A stretch of 64,000 nt of DNA from an uncultured Gammaproteobacteria bacterium (GTDB lineage: Bacteria; Patescibacteriota; Microgenomatia; UBA10105; UBA927), in contig CAYUZE010000003.1 in the NCBI GenBank assembly GCA_964449585.1, forward strand, positions 4,021 through 68,020, given 5' to 3'. Under the pieces are notes generated by a model. The model saw only the letters and a list, made by a program, of their open reading frames with translations. It was not told where the DNA came from and did not search any database. A program made the translations under genes and the position numbers. Positions 17,836 to 26,797 of the stretch are shown here, one piece after another (positions within the stretch are counted from its first letter, which is position 1; each line of letters starts with the position of its first letter).

Positions 17836-18822
17836 TTAGGCGGTGCGCTTGAGGAAAAACCAACGAATGCTATCCGCGAGTATATATAGCTTATACAAGA
17901 ACGGCGATAGAACAAGATCAAATGAGCCCGCGTAGGTAACGTGCCGGGGGCGGAATCCCTGCTTAAACCGGTGGAACCCGAACCACGGATCATCGGGGTC
18001 GGGGTGTTCTCCCAATGCGCCCCACAGGTCGAAAGAATGATACCCGTTCCGTTTTGCCCAACGGGCAATCTCCCAGAGGAGAAGGGTCGGTGCCATAACT
18101 TCCCTATGCAAGCTGCTGGATGCACCGTACGGATAATAGACCGTTTTGTTCCAACAAAAGAGTACCCATGCGGCAAGCACCATTCCCTGATAGCGGGCGG
18201 TAAAAAGTTTAGCGATTCCCGCTTTACCGAGCGTATCCCACATGGTTTGGTGGTACGTCGTATCATGTGCGTAAAAGCCCTGGCGGGACGTGGTTTCGCT
18301 GCTTAGTCGAAGATATTCTCCAAATGCATCGGGCGACGTCTCTTCGGTGACCGTTACCCCGTGCTTTTGTGCAACCCGTAGATTATATCGGGTCTTGGGA
18401 TGCATGGCGGCAAGGAGCTCGTCTTCCGATTTAGTGAGGTCCAAAATAAATGAGTGGGGTGTGAAAAGCGGATGATGGGAAGGGACAAGTGCGGGTGCCT
18501 CTTTCGGAACGTCAAATTTGTTTTTTTCAACATCGGGTTCCAGTTGAATATAAATTGCTTTTTTTTCTTTTCCGAGTTTGGTCAATGCTTCAAGCATGGA
18601 TGGGGTAATGGAGGGTCCTTTCGGAAAGTATCCGACGGTGAATGGAACGTACGGCAATTTATGAAAGGTGATTTGCCAATTACGGAGGCGTGCAACATCG
18701 ATGCCCATGCGTTTTCTAAACTCGCCCCATTCCCAACTTTGTAACGGATGATTGACCTTGGTATTCCATACTGCGCCGCTTGTCGGTGTATGGTCTGCGG
18801 AGGGTTTTTTGGTTATCGGCAT
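17836..18822 (-). CDS. FemABX-family peptidoglycan bridge peptidyltransferase
   Basis: HPLQSWEWG, LDLTKSEDELL, KTRYNLR, YYPYGASS and GFHRFKQGF. Confidence 0.9.
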   Translation of the reverse strand: MPITKKPSADHTPTSGAVWNTKVNHPLQSWEWGEFRKRMGIDVARLRNWQITFHKLPYVPFTVGYFPKGPSITPSMLEALTKLGKEKKAIYIQLEPDVEKNKFDVPKEAPALVPSHHPLFTPHSFILDLTKSEDELLAAMHPKTRYNLRVAQKHGVTVTEETSPDAFGEYLRLSSETTSRQGFYAHDTTYHQTMWDTLGKAGIAKLFTARYQGMVLAAWVLFCWNKTVYYPYGASSSLHREVMAPTLLLWEIARWAKRNGYHSFDLWGALGEHPDPDDPWFGFHRFKQGFRPRHVTYAGSFDLVLSPFLYKLYILADSIRWFFLKRTA

Positions 18823-18866
18823 ACCCGTATTATGGCGCTTTTATGCATGTGGTACAATATTTACCG

Positions 18867-19061
18867 ATGAAGATGAAAAAGATAAATAAGAAAGAACAGT
18901 CCCTCGGTTGGTTGCCTGTTGATAGCCGTTTGATCACCCCGTTACTTTCATTCAGTCACGTCAAAGGCGTCGCAAAACTTTTTCTTATCGTTGAGATGAC
19001 GCTCGCCTTAAGCGTGGTTGTCGGTACCTTTGTTATCCTTCTTTTTCACTTTGTTTCCTAA
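18867..19061 (+). CDS. Small (64-aa) membrane protein, unknown function
   Basis: TGgTACAAT 8 nt before the ATG. Basic N-terminus and C-terminal TM. Fills an otherwise empty gap. Confidence 0.55.
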   Translation: MKMKKINKKEQSLGWLPVDSRLITPLLSFSHVKGVAKLFLIVEMTLALSVVVGTFVILLFHFVS

Positions 19062-20902
19062 AAGAAAACGTCTTCGTCCATAAAGCCCCGATCGGCGGAC
19101 ATCGATACCCGCATATCCATGGCATGTTCCGGAATATCCGCGATGAACCGCGAAACGGTGTTTTGCGTCCGTTGTCCGAAAAATAATCTGCGATTGGCAA
19201 ACGTGAGATACAACTTTTCTTTTGCCCGCGTTATGCCGACATAACAAAGTCGCCGTTCTTCCTCGAGTTCATCTTTTTCCATGAGTGCCCTGCTGTGAGG
19301 AAAAATACCTTCTTCCATACCGACGATAGCGACAACGGGAAACTCTAATCCCTTCGCGGCGTGGAGGGTCATAAGAGTAACCGCCTGGCGATTTTTCCCC
19401 ATTTCTTTGACGGAACGGGGAATATACTCCTGTTCGACGAGCGCAACATTTTCGAGAAACTCCGTGATATTGGGAAACTCGGTGGCAACGGAACGGAGTT
19501 CTTTGATATTTTCCAAACGGGAAAATTCTTCTTCAACCTTGGCATCATAGAGATCAAGGTATCCGGTGGATGCAAGGGTGGCGTCAAGCAGTTCGATCGT
19601 CGTCGTCCCGGCAAGTTTTTTGGCGTCGGCAAAGCTCCCGGCGAATTCAAGAAATTTCTTTAATCTCCCTTTTCCGAGTTTTTCTACGCGGTTATACGAA
19701 ACGGTATCGTTCGGATTTGAAAGCAGGCGGAGATAGGAAAGAACGTCTTTAATTTCTTTCCGTTCATAAAATCGCGTTCCCCCGACAAGCGTATAGGGAA
19801 CACCGGCATGGAGAAACGCCTCTTCGAGCACACGGGATTGTGCATTGGTCCGATAGAGGATGGCGAAGTTTGAATACGGCTTTCCCGACCGAAGAATTGT
19901 CTGAATAAGATACGATGCCTCATCCTGCTCGTTTCTTGCCTCATAGAGGGTGATTTTTTCTCCCGATGTTTTATCCGTCCACAACTTGAGCACGGGGTGT
20001 GACGTGTTTTTTGCGATTACCCCGTGCGCGGCATTGAGGATAGTTTGCGTGGAACGGTAATTCTGTTCCAAGTGGAAAACTTTTACGTCAGGGTAATCCT
20101 TTTTGAAATTTGTTATGTTCCGAAAGTCTGCGCCCCGCCACCGATAGATTGACTGGGAAGCATCCCCGACGACGCAGATATTATGCCATCTTTGCGAGAG
20201 CATTTTCGTTAAGATGTACTGCGCTTTATTTGTGTCCTGGTATTCATCGACAAGCACATACCGGTACTTTTCCTGATATTTCCCCGCGACTTCCGGGAAT
20301 TTCTGAAAAAGCAACACGGTTTTTGCCAGCATATCGTCAAAATCAAGCGCCGAGCTGGTAAGGAGCAGTTTCTGATATCCCAAATAAACGCGAGCCACCG
20401 TTTCCTGAAAATTACCGCGGGCGTACGTGGGGTATTCAAGTGCGCCGATAAGCTCGTTTTTTGCCTGCGATATGGTGGAAAGCACCGCCCGAGGGTTATA
20501 GAGTTTTGTCGAGACGGCAAGCTGTTGCATGACTTCTTTTATCGCATCGATTTGATCCTGATCATCGTAGATAACAAACCCAGGCGGTACTCCGATATGA
20601 TGCCCATCGATGCGAAGAATTTTCGCACAGAGCGCATGAAACGTACCGGAAAACGGCAGTTCACTGTCCGGAAGAAGCCCCCGCAATCGTTCCTTCATCT
20701 CTTTGGCGGCTTTGTTGGTGAACGTCACCATCAGTAAGTTGTGCGGGGAAACATGCTTTTTGGCAATAAGGTACGCTACCCGCGAGGTGAGTACGCGGGT
20801 CTTTCCACTCCCTGCTCCGGCAAGGATAAGGACGGCACCTTCCGTATGCGTTACCGCGGCTTGTTGCGCCGCGTTTAAATCATTGAGGATGGCGTCGATC
20901 AT
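19058..20902 (-). CDS. pcrA: ATP-dependent DNA helicase PcrA/UvrD (short form)
   Basis: AGAGSGKTR, TFTNKAA, VDEYQDTN, GDASQSIYRWRGA, LYRTNAQSR, AKGLEF and EEERRLCYVGITRA. Confidence 0.93.
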   Translation of the reverse strand: MIDAILNDLNAAQQAAVTHTEGAVLILAGAGSGKTRVLTSRVAYLIAKKHVSPHNLLMVTFTNKAAKEMKERLRGLLPDSELPFSGTFHALCAKILRIDGHHIGVPPGFVIYDDQDQIDAIKEVMQQLAVSTKLYNPRAVLSTISQAKNELIGALEYPTYARGNFQETVARVYLGYQKLLLTSSALDFDDMLAKTVLLFQKFPEVAGKYQEKYRYVLVDEYQDTNKAQYILTKMLSQRWHNICVVGDASQSIYRWRGADFRNITNFKKDYPDVKVFHLEQNYRSTQTILNAAHGVIAKNTSHPVLKLWTDKTSGEKITLYEARNEQDEASYLIQTILRSGKPYSNFAILYRTNAQSRVLEEAFLHAGVPYTLVGGTRFYERKEIKDVLSYLRLLSNPNDTVSYNRVEKLGKGRLKKFLEFAGSFADAKKLAGTTTIELLDATLASTGYLDLYDAKVEEEFSRLENIKELRSVATEFPNITEFLENVALVEQEYIPRSVKEMGKNRQAVTLMTLHAAKGLEFPVVAIVGMEEGIFPHSRALMEKDELEEERRLCYVGITRAKEKLYLTFANRRLFFGQRTQNTVSRFIADIPEHAMDMRVSMSADRGFMDEDVFF

Positions 20903-20920
20903 AGACTATAATAGTAGCAT
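20903..20920. promoter_or_regulatory. Overlapping divergent -10 boxes for pcrA and tpiA
   Basis: Plus strand TATAAT 20907-20912. Minus strand TGcTACTAT (hexamer 20916-20911). Each ends 8 nt before an ATG. Confidence 0.65.
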
Positions 20921-21601
20921 ATGAAAAAGCTTTTCATTTTGGGTAATTGGAAGTCAAATAAAACGCTTTCTGAAGCAAAATCATGGCTTAACGAAGTCGA
21001 TGCCGCATTCCCCGTCCTTCCGGAGCATGTTACCGTCATTGTTTGTCCGAATTTCCTGGCGCTTTCTCTTTTTGCCGAAAAAACGCATGGTTTCTCGGTG
21101 GGGACACAAGATATCTCGCCGTTTGAAACCGGTGCCTATACGGGGGCAGTCGCCGCCTCGATGGTAAAGGATATTGTACATCATGCCATGATCGGACATT
21201 CGGAACGACGAAAATATTTCGGCGAAACGGATGATGTTGTTGCGGAAAAGACAAAGCGGGCAATTGCCGCAGGGATTACCCCGGTTGTTTGCGTGTCCGC
21301 CGTCGATCAGGTCAACGCCCTTTCTAAAGCGGCGCCGGAGTTTGACGGGAAAGGAATGTTTTTGTACGAACCGTTGTTTGCCATTGGATCGGGAACATCG
21401 GATACACCGGAAAATGCCGATAGTACGGCAAGAGAAATCGCCACCGTCTTTCCTAATGTTCCGATCTTATATGGCGGCAGTGTTACCGCACAAAACGTCA
21501 AAGGATTTATGAACGCAACGCATTTGTCGGGAGTGGGAGCCGGCGGAGCGAGTCTTGCTCCCGAAACCTTTCTTTCGCTTATTGCATCGGTTATCGTCTG
21601 A
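20921..21601 (+). CDS. tpiA: Triosephosphate isomerase
   Basis: GNWKSN, GAYTG, IGHSERR, YEPLFAIGSG, LYGGSV and GGASL. Confidence 0.95.
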   Translation: MKKLFILGNWKSNKTLSEAKSWLNEVDAAFPVLPEHVTVIVCPNFLALSLFAEKTHGFSVGTQDISPFETGAYTGAVAASMVKDIVHHAMIGHSERRKYFGETDDVVAEKTKRAIAAGITPVVCVSAVDQVNALSKAAPEFDGKGMFLYEPLFAIGSGTSDTPENADSTAREIATVFPNVPILYGGSVTAQNVKGFMNATHLSGVGAGGASLAPETFLSLIASVIV

Positions 21602-21615
21602 CCTATACGTCATCT

Positions 21616-22644
21616 ATGGAATCACGGATACGGCGCCTCTACGCGTCTAAAATTAAAATCGGCGTTTTTCTTGCCCTCTTTGCCGTACTTTTTTTCCTTG
21701 CCGTAAAGGTTGTGTATTTTTCCCGGGGGTTCATGACCACGACGGGTATCACGCCCACGACACTTATGCGGTTGGTATTTGATTCGGGTGCCGATCTGCA
21801 TCCGATTGACGGAAGAGTGAATATTTTACTCCTTGGCATTCCCGGGGGGACCCATGACGGTACGGACCTTACGGATACGATTCTCGTGCTTTCATTCCAC
21901 CAGAAAAATCAATCGCTTGCGATGATTTCGGTACCGCGGGATATATGGTCCGATACCTTGAAGGACAAAGTGAACAGCGCCTATCATTACGGGGAGCAAA
22001 AGAAAAAAGGCGGCGGGTTGGTGCTTGCCAAAGCAATCATATCCGATGTGGTGGGACTGCCGCTCCAGTACGCCTTGGTACTGGATTTTTCCGGGTTTAA
22101 GAAAATTATCGATCTTGTTGGAGGGGTGGAAATCAACGTAGAGAAAAGTTTTACCGATAACGAATACCCGGTTCCGGGGAAGGAAAATGACGAATGTAAC
22201 GGTGACCCGCTCTATGCGTGCCGCTATGAGTCGCTCCATTTTGAGGCGGGTGCCCAGGTGATGGACGGGGACCGCGCATTAAAATACGTGCGAAGCAGGC
22301 ATGCCGAGGGCAACGAAGGAAGCGATTTTGCCCGAGGCCGCCGGCAACAGGAGATGTTGCTTGCCCTTAAAACAAAACTATTATCAAAAGATATCTACCT
22401 GCACCCGCAGGAGATCGAAAAACTTTATGCGGCATTCGACGAAGCCACGGATATGGATGCAAATATCGGGGAGCTGATGACGATAGGGAAGATGTTTATC
22501 CAGACGACGAAGGAAAACACCAAACGTATATCGCTTGAAGATCATCTCTATACACCTCCCAGTAGCTGGTACGGGCGCTATGTTCTCCTGCCAAAGGAGA
22601 GTTTTGACGCCATCCATGCCTATATCAAGTCTTCATTGCCGTAG
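21616..22644 (+). CDS. LCP (LytR-CpsA-Psr) family glycopolymer ligase
   Basis: N-terminal TM, NILLLG, TDTIL, ISVPRD, KVNSAY, ALKYVRSR and SDFARGRRQQ. Confidence 0.93.
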   Translation: MESRIRRLYASKIKIGVFLALFAVLFFLAVKVVYFSRGFMTTTGITPTTLMRLVFDSGADLHPIDGRVNILLLGIPGGTHDGTDLTDTILVLSFHQKNQSLAMISVPRDIWSDTLKDKVNSAYHYGEQKKKGGGLVLAKAIISDVVGLPLQYALVLDFSGFKKIIDLVGGVEINVEKSFTDNEYPVPGKENDECNGDPLYACRYESLHFEAGAQVMDGDRALKYVRSRHAEGNEGSDFARGRRQQEMLLALKTKLLSKDIYLHPQEIEKLYAAFDEATDMDANIGELMTIGKMFIQTTKENTKRISLEDHLYTPPSSWYGRYVLLPKESFDAIHAYIKSSLP

Positions 22645-22816
22645 TGCGTAACGCATAACCTGCAGATCGTGTACGTTTAGGAATGCTGCATGGAATTTAC
22701 ATCAATCGCAGTTCAATGCCCAATCCTAACCCTCCTCATCCTCCATGTCTTAGGCTCGATACGAGGGCACCATAGAGCCGCGTACGAGGGGAGAGAACGG
22801 TGCGTGTTCCCCGGGA

Positions 22817-23545
22817 TTAGAAGACTAATCCAAGAAGGAGGAGCAGCACGCCGCCTGCGACCACGCTTGCTCCGAGGACGGACGGCACCCCGGCAACCGG
22901 AATCTTCGGTGTCGGAATAGGCGTCGGTGTCGCGGTAGTGCCCGGAGGCGGTGTCGGCCCGGTTGCGACGCGGCAGTTATCCGAAGCGATCCATACATTG
23001 TTATTGTCTTTCACGCGGCAGGAGAAGCTATACGCGCCGCCGGTGGTTACCGTATAGGTTGTTGAGAGAGAGCCCGGTGATCCGACGTTTTGTTCGACGA
23101 GTTTGGTTGATCCGTCCGGCATGGTAAATTCCGCCGCGATGATGTCTCCGTCATCATCCCGTCCCACACAGGTTAACGTGACAGTGTACGGCACCGTTCC
23201 CGTCGCTGGTTCAACCGTAAGGTCAACGCACACGGGATTGGTGTTGTTGGCAACCGGTGTCGGTGTCGGCGTTGAGGTCGGACCCGGTGTTGCGGTGGGT
23301 GTCGGTGTTGAGGTCGGACCCGGTGTTCCGGTCGGTGTCACGGTCGGTGTCGGCGTGTTATCGGCGCCGATTGAGAAAATCAATTTACAATTGATATCAG
23401 ATGCCTTCGGTGTTACCTGCGGAACCGTCGGGGCAACGGGTGATTGCTGTTCCAGCTTTGTGCTGGTTAAATACGCGACAACACCGATACCGACGGTAAT
23501 TATCGTAACCAGCATCATGTACCAATATTTCTTTAAGAAATTCAT
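22817..23545 (-). CDS. Pro/Thr-rich surface protein with PKD-like domain and C-terminal IPVAG+TM signal
   Basis: Start refined to MNFLKK. N-terminal TM, PT linkers, a Cys-containing beta domain and 'KIPVAG' before a hydrophobic tail. Confidence 0.75.
   Translation of the reverse strand: MNFLKKYWYMMLVTIITVGIGVVAYLTSTKLEQQSPVAPTVPQVTPKASDINCKLIFSIGADNTPTPTVTPTGTPGPTSTPTPTATPGPTSTPTPTPVANNTNPVCVDLTVEPATGTVPYTVTLTCVGRDDDGDIIAAEFTMPDGSTKLVEQNVGSPGSLSTTYTVTTGGAYSFSCRVKDNNNVWIASDNCRVATGPTPPPGTTATPTPIPTPKIPVAGVPSVLGASVVAGGVLLLLLGLVF
23262..23333. repeat. 36-bp coding tandem duplication (TPGPTSTPTPT-type linker)
   Basis: Two copies, 23262-23297 and 23298-23333, with 3 mismatches. Confidence 0.8.
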
Positions 23546-23546
23546 A

Positions 23547-24569
23547 TTAGCGCCACGCTCCGTTCGTAAATACTTCTCCCTCGATGACAAAATCGGTTAC
23601 CCCATCGGCGATCGTATAGTTTAAGGTAAATTCATTGCTGGCGTTCTTTGTCGTGGTTTCCGTCCATGCGCCGCCGTTCACCCGGAAGTGTGCCTTGGTG
23701 GGGGCAAGATTGCCCTTGACGGCAAGTACTACTTCATCGCCCGCGCGAAGCGTCGTAAGGTTCGTTACCTGGGTACCGTCCTTATAGATTTTGATGTTCT
23801 GACATACCGGTGCGGTTCCGGTCGTGGGTGTCGGCGTCGGATTGGTCGTATCATCATCATCACCGTTGTCATCATCACCGGTATCATCTCCAGCAAGAAT
23901 ACACCCCGCGCCGCCGTCCCAACATACGTAGCCGGGATAACAACACGTCATTGCACCGCCATTCATATTTTCACAATATGCTCTTCCTTGCCGTTCGCAC
24001 GAGGCTTTTTTGTCGTCTTCAGGCATGCATTGCTTTTCAGTGCACATTTCACCATCCATACAATCACACACATATCCCTCCGGACACGTACCTTGCGGAT
24101 TATCATCGGTCGCTCCGCTGCAGTTAGAATATCCCGTTCCCCATGCCCTGCTTCGCACGTCCGCAATCTGCTGGTTTTTAAGCGAAATAAAATACACACT
24201 CGCCGGAAGCACCAACACAAGCAATGCAATAAGCGCGATAAGCGGCCCTTTGGAGGTTTTCTTGGGAAGGGACGAATGATGGTGCGACTTATCCTGCACG
24301 GGCGGAACGATCATCGAATCACTTGGTTTTGTTTCGAGAATGCTTTCTACTAACTCGTCGGGATTGGGCGCTGACGAAGCAGGCGGAGTCGCCACCGCAG
24401 CGGGAGCAGGCGGTGTGACAACGGAAGAAGGATTCGGTACAGGATCGAGTGTCGGAACGGATGCGACACCAGACTCGGGAGCAGCGGGCGGGGGAACCAC
24501 GGGAACGGGTTCCGGTTCCGGTGGGAGGGAATCTGTCGTCGATGGTGGTTTCAAAACATCATCAGCCAT
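23547..24569 (-). CDS. Membrane-anchored surface protein with Pro-rich N-terminus and Cys-rich extracellular module
   Basis: About 105-aa Pro-rich region, TM, DVRSRA motif, 12-Cys segment, Asp-rich/PT linker and beta-rich C-domain. Confidence 0.75.
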   Translation of the reverse strand: MADDVLKPPSTTDSLPPEPEPVPVVPPPAAPESGVASVPTLDPVPNPSSVVTPPAPAAVATPPASSAPNPDELVESILETKPSDSMIVPPVQDKSHHHSSLPKKTSKGPLIALIALLVLVLPASVYFISLKNQQIADVRSRAWGTGYSNCSGATDDNPQGTCPEGYVCDCMDGEMCTEKQCMPEDDKKASCERQGRAYCENMNGGAMTCCYPGYVCWDGGAGCILAGDDTGDDDNGDDDDTTNPTPTPTTGTAPVCQNIKIYKDGTQVTNLTTLRAGDEVVLAVKGNLAPTKAHFRVNGGAWTETTTKNASNEFTLNYTIADGVTDFVIEGEVFTNGAWR

Positions 24570-24635
24570 ACGAATAAATCCGCGTATATAAAACTAGCTT
24601 AGTGCACAGATAACATACGAGTCAAGCGGTGATCC

Positions 24636-25934
24636 TTACCACCGTCGCAGCGCAACCGCACCGCTGCCTAAAAGCCCTATACCGAGAATAAGTAACGTGA
24701 TAAGCGGCAACGGGAATCCCGTTTCCGGTATCGGTTCGCCGGCAAGCGTTGCGGTTGGCGTCGGTTCTTCGGTAACGGTGGGTTCCGGCGTCAGGGTCGC
24801 CGAGGGGGTCGCGTCTCCCAAAACCTGCGTGCCGCTTTTAAGTACTTCAAAAGTATGGGTAATGGCGACGGTTTTGTTTTGCGCGTTTTTTGTCGTGATG
24901 GTCACGCTTTGCTTGCCGGGCGCAAGCGGTTTCATAGGCGTATAGCGCCATACGCCGTCGTTACCCACGATAACCATATCACTCATCGGTCTCTCTATAC
25001 CGATCGTGAGAAGAATCTGATTACCTCCAACCCCGGTTCCCTGAATCAGCGGAAGATTTGAAGGGATAGCACTACCGTCCACAGGTTTGGTGATCGCAAC
25101 CGCCTGTTTTGCAACTTGAGTTGTTTCGCCGAGTACCGCCGGTTGTGTGGTGGGTGCGACGGCAAGCGGAGCCTGCTCATTCTTTTCCGCCTGAATCTTC
25201 CGGAAATCATAGGTTTTTCCGATCGTCATGCTGGGCACGGGGTTGTCGTTTAACGTATCGGTCAGTGCGGTCGCCTCACCCTCGGCGTTTCGTATGACGA
25301 TGGATTCGTTGATGCGTTCGGCGACGGGAATGTATCGGTCAAGTGCCGTTGTCCGTGCAAGATTAAGCGGGATCACCCATGTTCCCGTTGTTTTTGAGAA
25401 CGTCGAGAGCGTCTGTCCGTTTTCGAGCGTCAGATACACCAATGCACCGTCAAGCGGCAGACCGTTGGTCGCCGTGATTTGTCCGTATGCGGGCTCAATG
25501 CCTGTTCCAAGACCGGAAATGGTCGGAGCGGTTGTTGCTTCATAGGCTGTCCCGTTGTTGGAATGAGAAACGTTATTGGAAACGATGACAAATTTATAGG
25601 TCGTGTTCGGTTTGAGATTTCTTACCGTAACGGAATGTGTGGTATATGCGGCGGTCGCCTGTTTGGTATTTGGGGCAGTGTACCGTTCATCGAAGAAAAA
25701 ACTGTCGGGGGAAACACCATCTAACCGCACCGACCCGCTGACCGCTTCATCGGTAGTCCAGGTTACCGTAAATGAGGTATCACTGATGTTAGTTACCGTG
25801 ACGTTTTTGGGAGCATGGGTCGAAACCGCCTTGGTAAATAGCGGCGTGACCCGGTCGAAGGCAAAACGAAAAACCATGACCGCAACAACAACCAAGAATA
25901 AGCCGACGATGGTAGGAATTTTTTTCTGGTGCAT
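24636..25934 (-). CDS. FN3/Ig-like surface protein with C-terminal IPETG sorting signal
   Basis: FN3-like VTNISDTSFTVTWTTD...HSVTVRNLKPNTTYKF, Ig-like 'DGVWRYTP..L.PG', then IPETG + TM + RRW. Confidence 0.82.
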   Translation of the reverse strand: MHQKKIPTIVGLFLVVVAVMVFRFAFDRVTPLFTKAVSTHAPKNVTVTNISDTSFTVTWTTDEAVSGSVRLDGVSPDSFFFDERYTAPNTKQATAAYTTHSVTVRNLKPNTTYKFVIVSNNVSHSNNGTAYEATTAPTISGLGTGIEPAYGQITATNGLPLDGALVYLTLENGQTLSTFSKTTGTWVIPLNLARTTALDRYIPVAERINESIVIRNAEGEATALTDTLNDNPVPSMTIGKTYDFRKIQAEKNEQAPLAVAPTTQPAVLGETTQVAKQAVAITKPVDGSAIPSNLPLIQGTGVGGNQILLTIGIERPMSDMVIVGNDGVWRYTPMKPLAPGKQSVTITTKNAQNKTVAITHTFEVLKSGTQVLGDATPSATLTPEPTVTEEPTPTATLAGEPIPETGFPLPLITLLILGIGLLGSGAVALRRW

Positions 25935-25940
25935 ACGGTT

Positions 25941-26138
25941 TTAGTCCATGGTGCTCCGTGCCTCTAATTCTTCCAGTATACTCACATCAATTTTACTTGA
26001 TAAGGGGCTTACGACCTGTTGTACCGGGCGGGCGATCGTTGAGGTTTTGGTGGTTTTTACCAGTTCGAAAAATACCCACAAGAAAATAGTGAGCATGGTA
26101 AAAATAGAAACCAATAATAAATCACGTTCCTCGTCCAT
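25941..26138 (-). CDS. Small single-TM protein downstream of pilO
   Basis: 65 aa with one TM, 2-6 nt from its neighbours. Confidence 0.6.
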   Translation of the reverse strand: MDEERDLLLVSIFTMLTIFLWVFFELVKTTKTSTIARPVQQVVSPLSSKIDVSILEELEARSTMD

Positions 26139-26140
26139 AG

Positions 26141-26794
26141 TTATTCGGTTGAATAATAGGAAGTAAGTTTTAACGATAATTGTAACTCATCAAGTAACAC
26201 TAACTTCGAAAGTCCCAACTTGAGGGAAATCGTATCAACGGAAGCGATACGTCGCATTTTGAGTAACCCGTCCATAAATGACTTAAGGGAGGCGTATGGC
26301 CCCGTAAGTATTACACTTACCGGAAAGTCCTCGAGAGGTTTTGTTTGGGCAAGTTTTGCCCCCGGCGTTGCTTCCCGGCCTAAGACGGGAAGGCTCGGAA
26401 TTTGGATGGCTGAGATAGAGGCGCCGGAATACGCCGCCAGATTACTGAGTTGACGCGCAAGAATGATGGCGTCGGGATTATTAGGAAGCGCCTGTCGAAT
26501 AACGGGTAACCGGTCTTCAATTTCCTGAAACGTTGCCTGCGCTTCGATAAGCGCGGTGATTTTGTTCTCCATTTGTTCATTTAACGCCGTCTTGTCGGCA
26601 ATTTCCCTGCGCAAATGAATGATTGTCTGCGCGGTCGGTCGTATGGCATACCAGGCAAACAGTGAAATAGCCAAAAACGAAAATACCGCGGTTGTCGATG
26701 CCCGCATCTTTGGCTTTTTCATCATCGGCTGCAGTTTTTGGTAATAGCGATGAAACTGCTCTTGGGAAATAGTGTTGGTTGTCGGTAATGCCAT
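26141..26794 (-). CDS. pilO: Type IV pilus assembly protein PilO-like
   Basis: TM, coiled coil, 'ALP' and 'GPYASLKSFMDGLLKMRRIASV'. Confidence 0.78.
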   Translation of the reverse strand: MALPTTNTISQEQFHRYYQKLQPMMKKPKMRASTTAVFSFLAISLFAWYAIRPTAQTIIHLRREIADKTALNEQMENKITALIEAQATFQEIEDRLPVIRQALPNNPDAIILARQLSNLAAYSGASISAIQIPSLPVLGREATPGAKLAQTKPLEDFPVSVILTGPYASLKSFMDGLLKMRRIASVDTISLKLGLSKLVLLDELQLSLKLTSYYSTE

Positions 26795-26797
26795 AGG

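Noticed and set aside
22748-22772. tRNA/tmRNA-like 3' end (GGCTCGATAC...GCACCA)
   Set aside because: No T-stem or acceptor-stem pairing could be built.
23255-23360. Repetitive GGTGTC-rich tract as a possible CRISPR array or VNTR
   Set aside because: Encodes a Pro/Thr linker in frame. No unique spacers and no cas genes.
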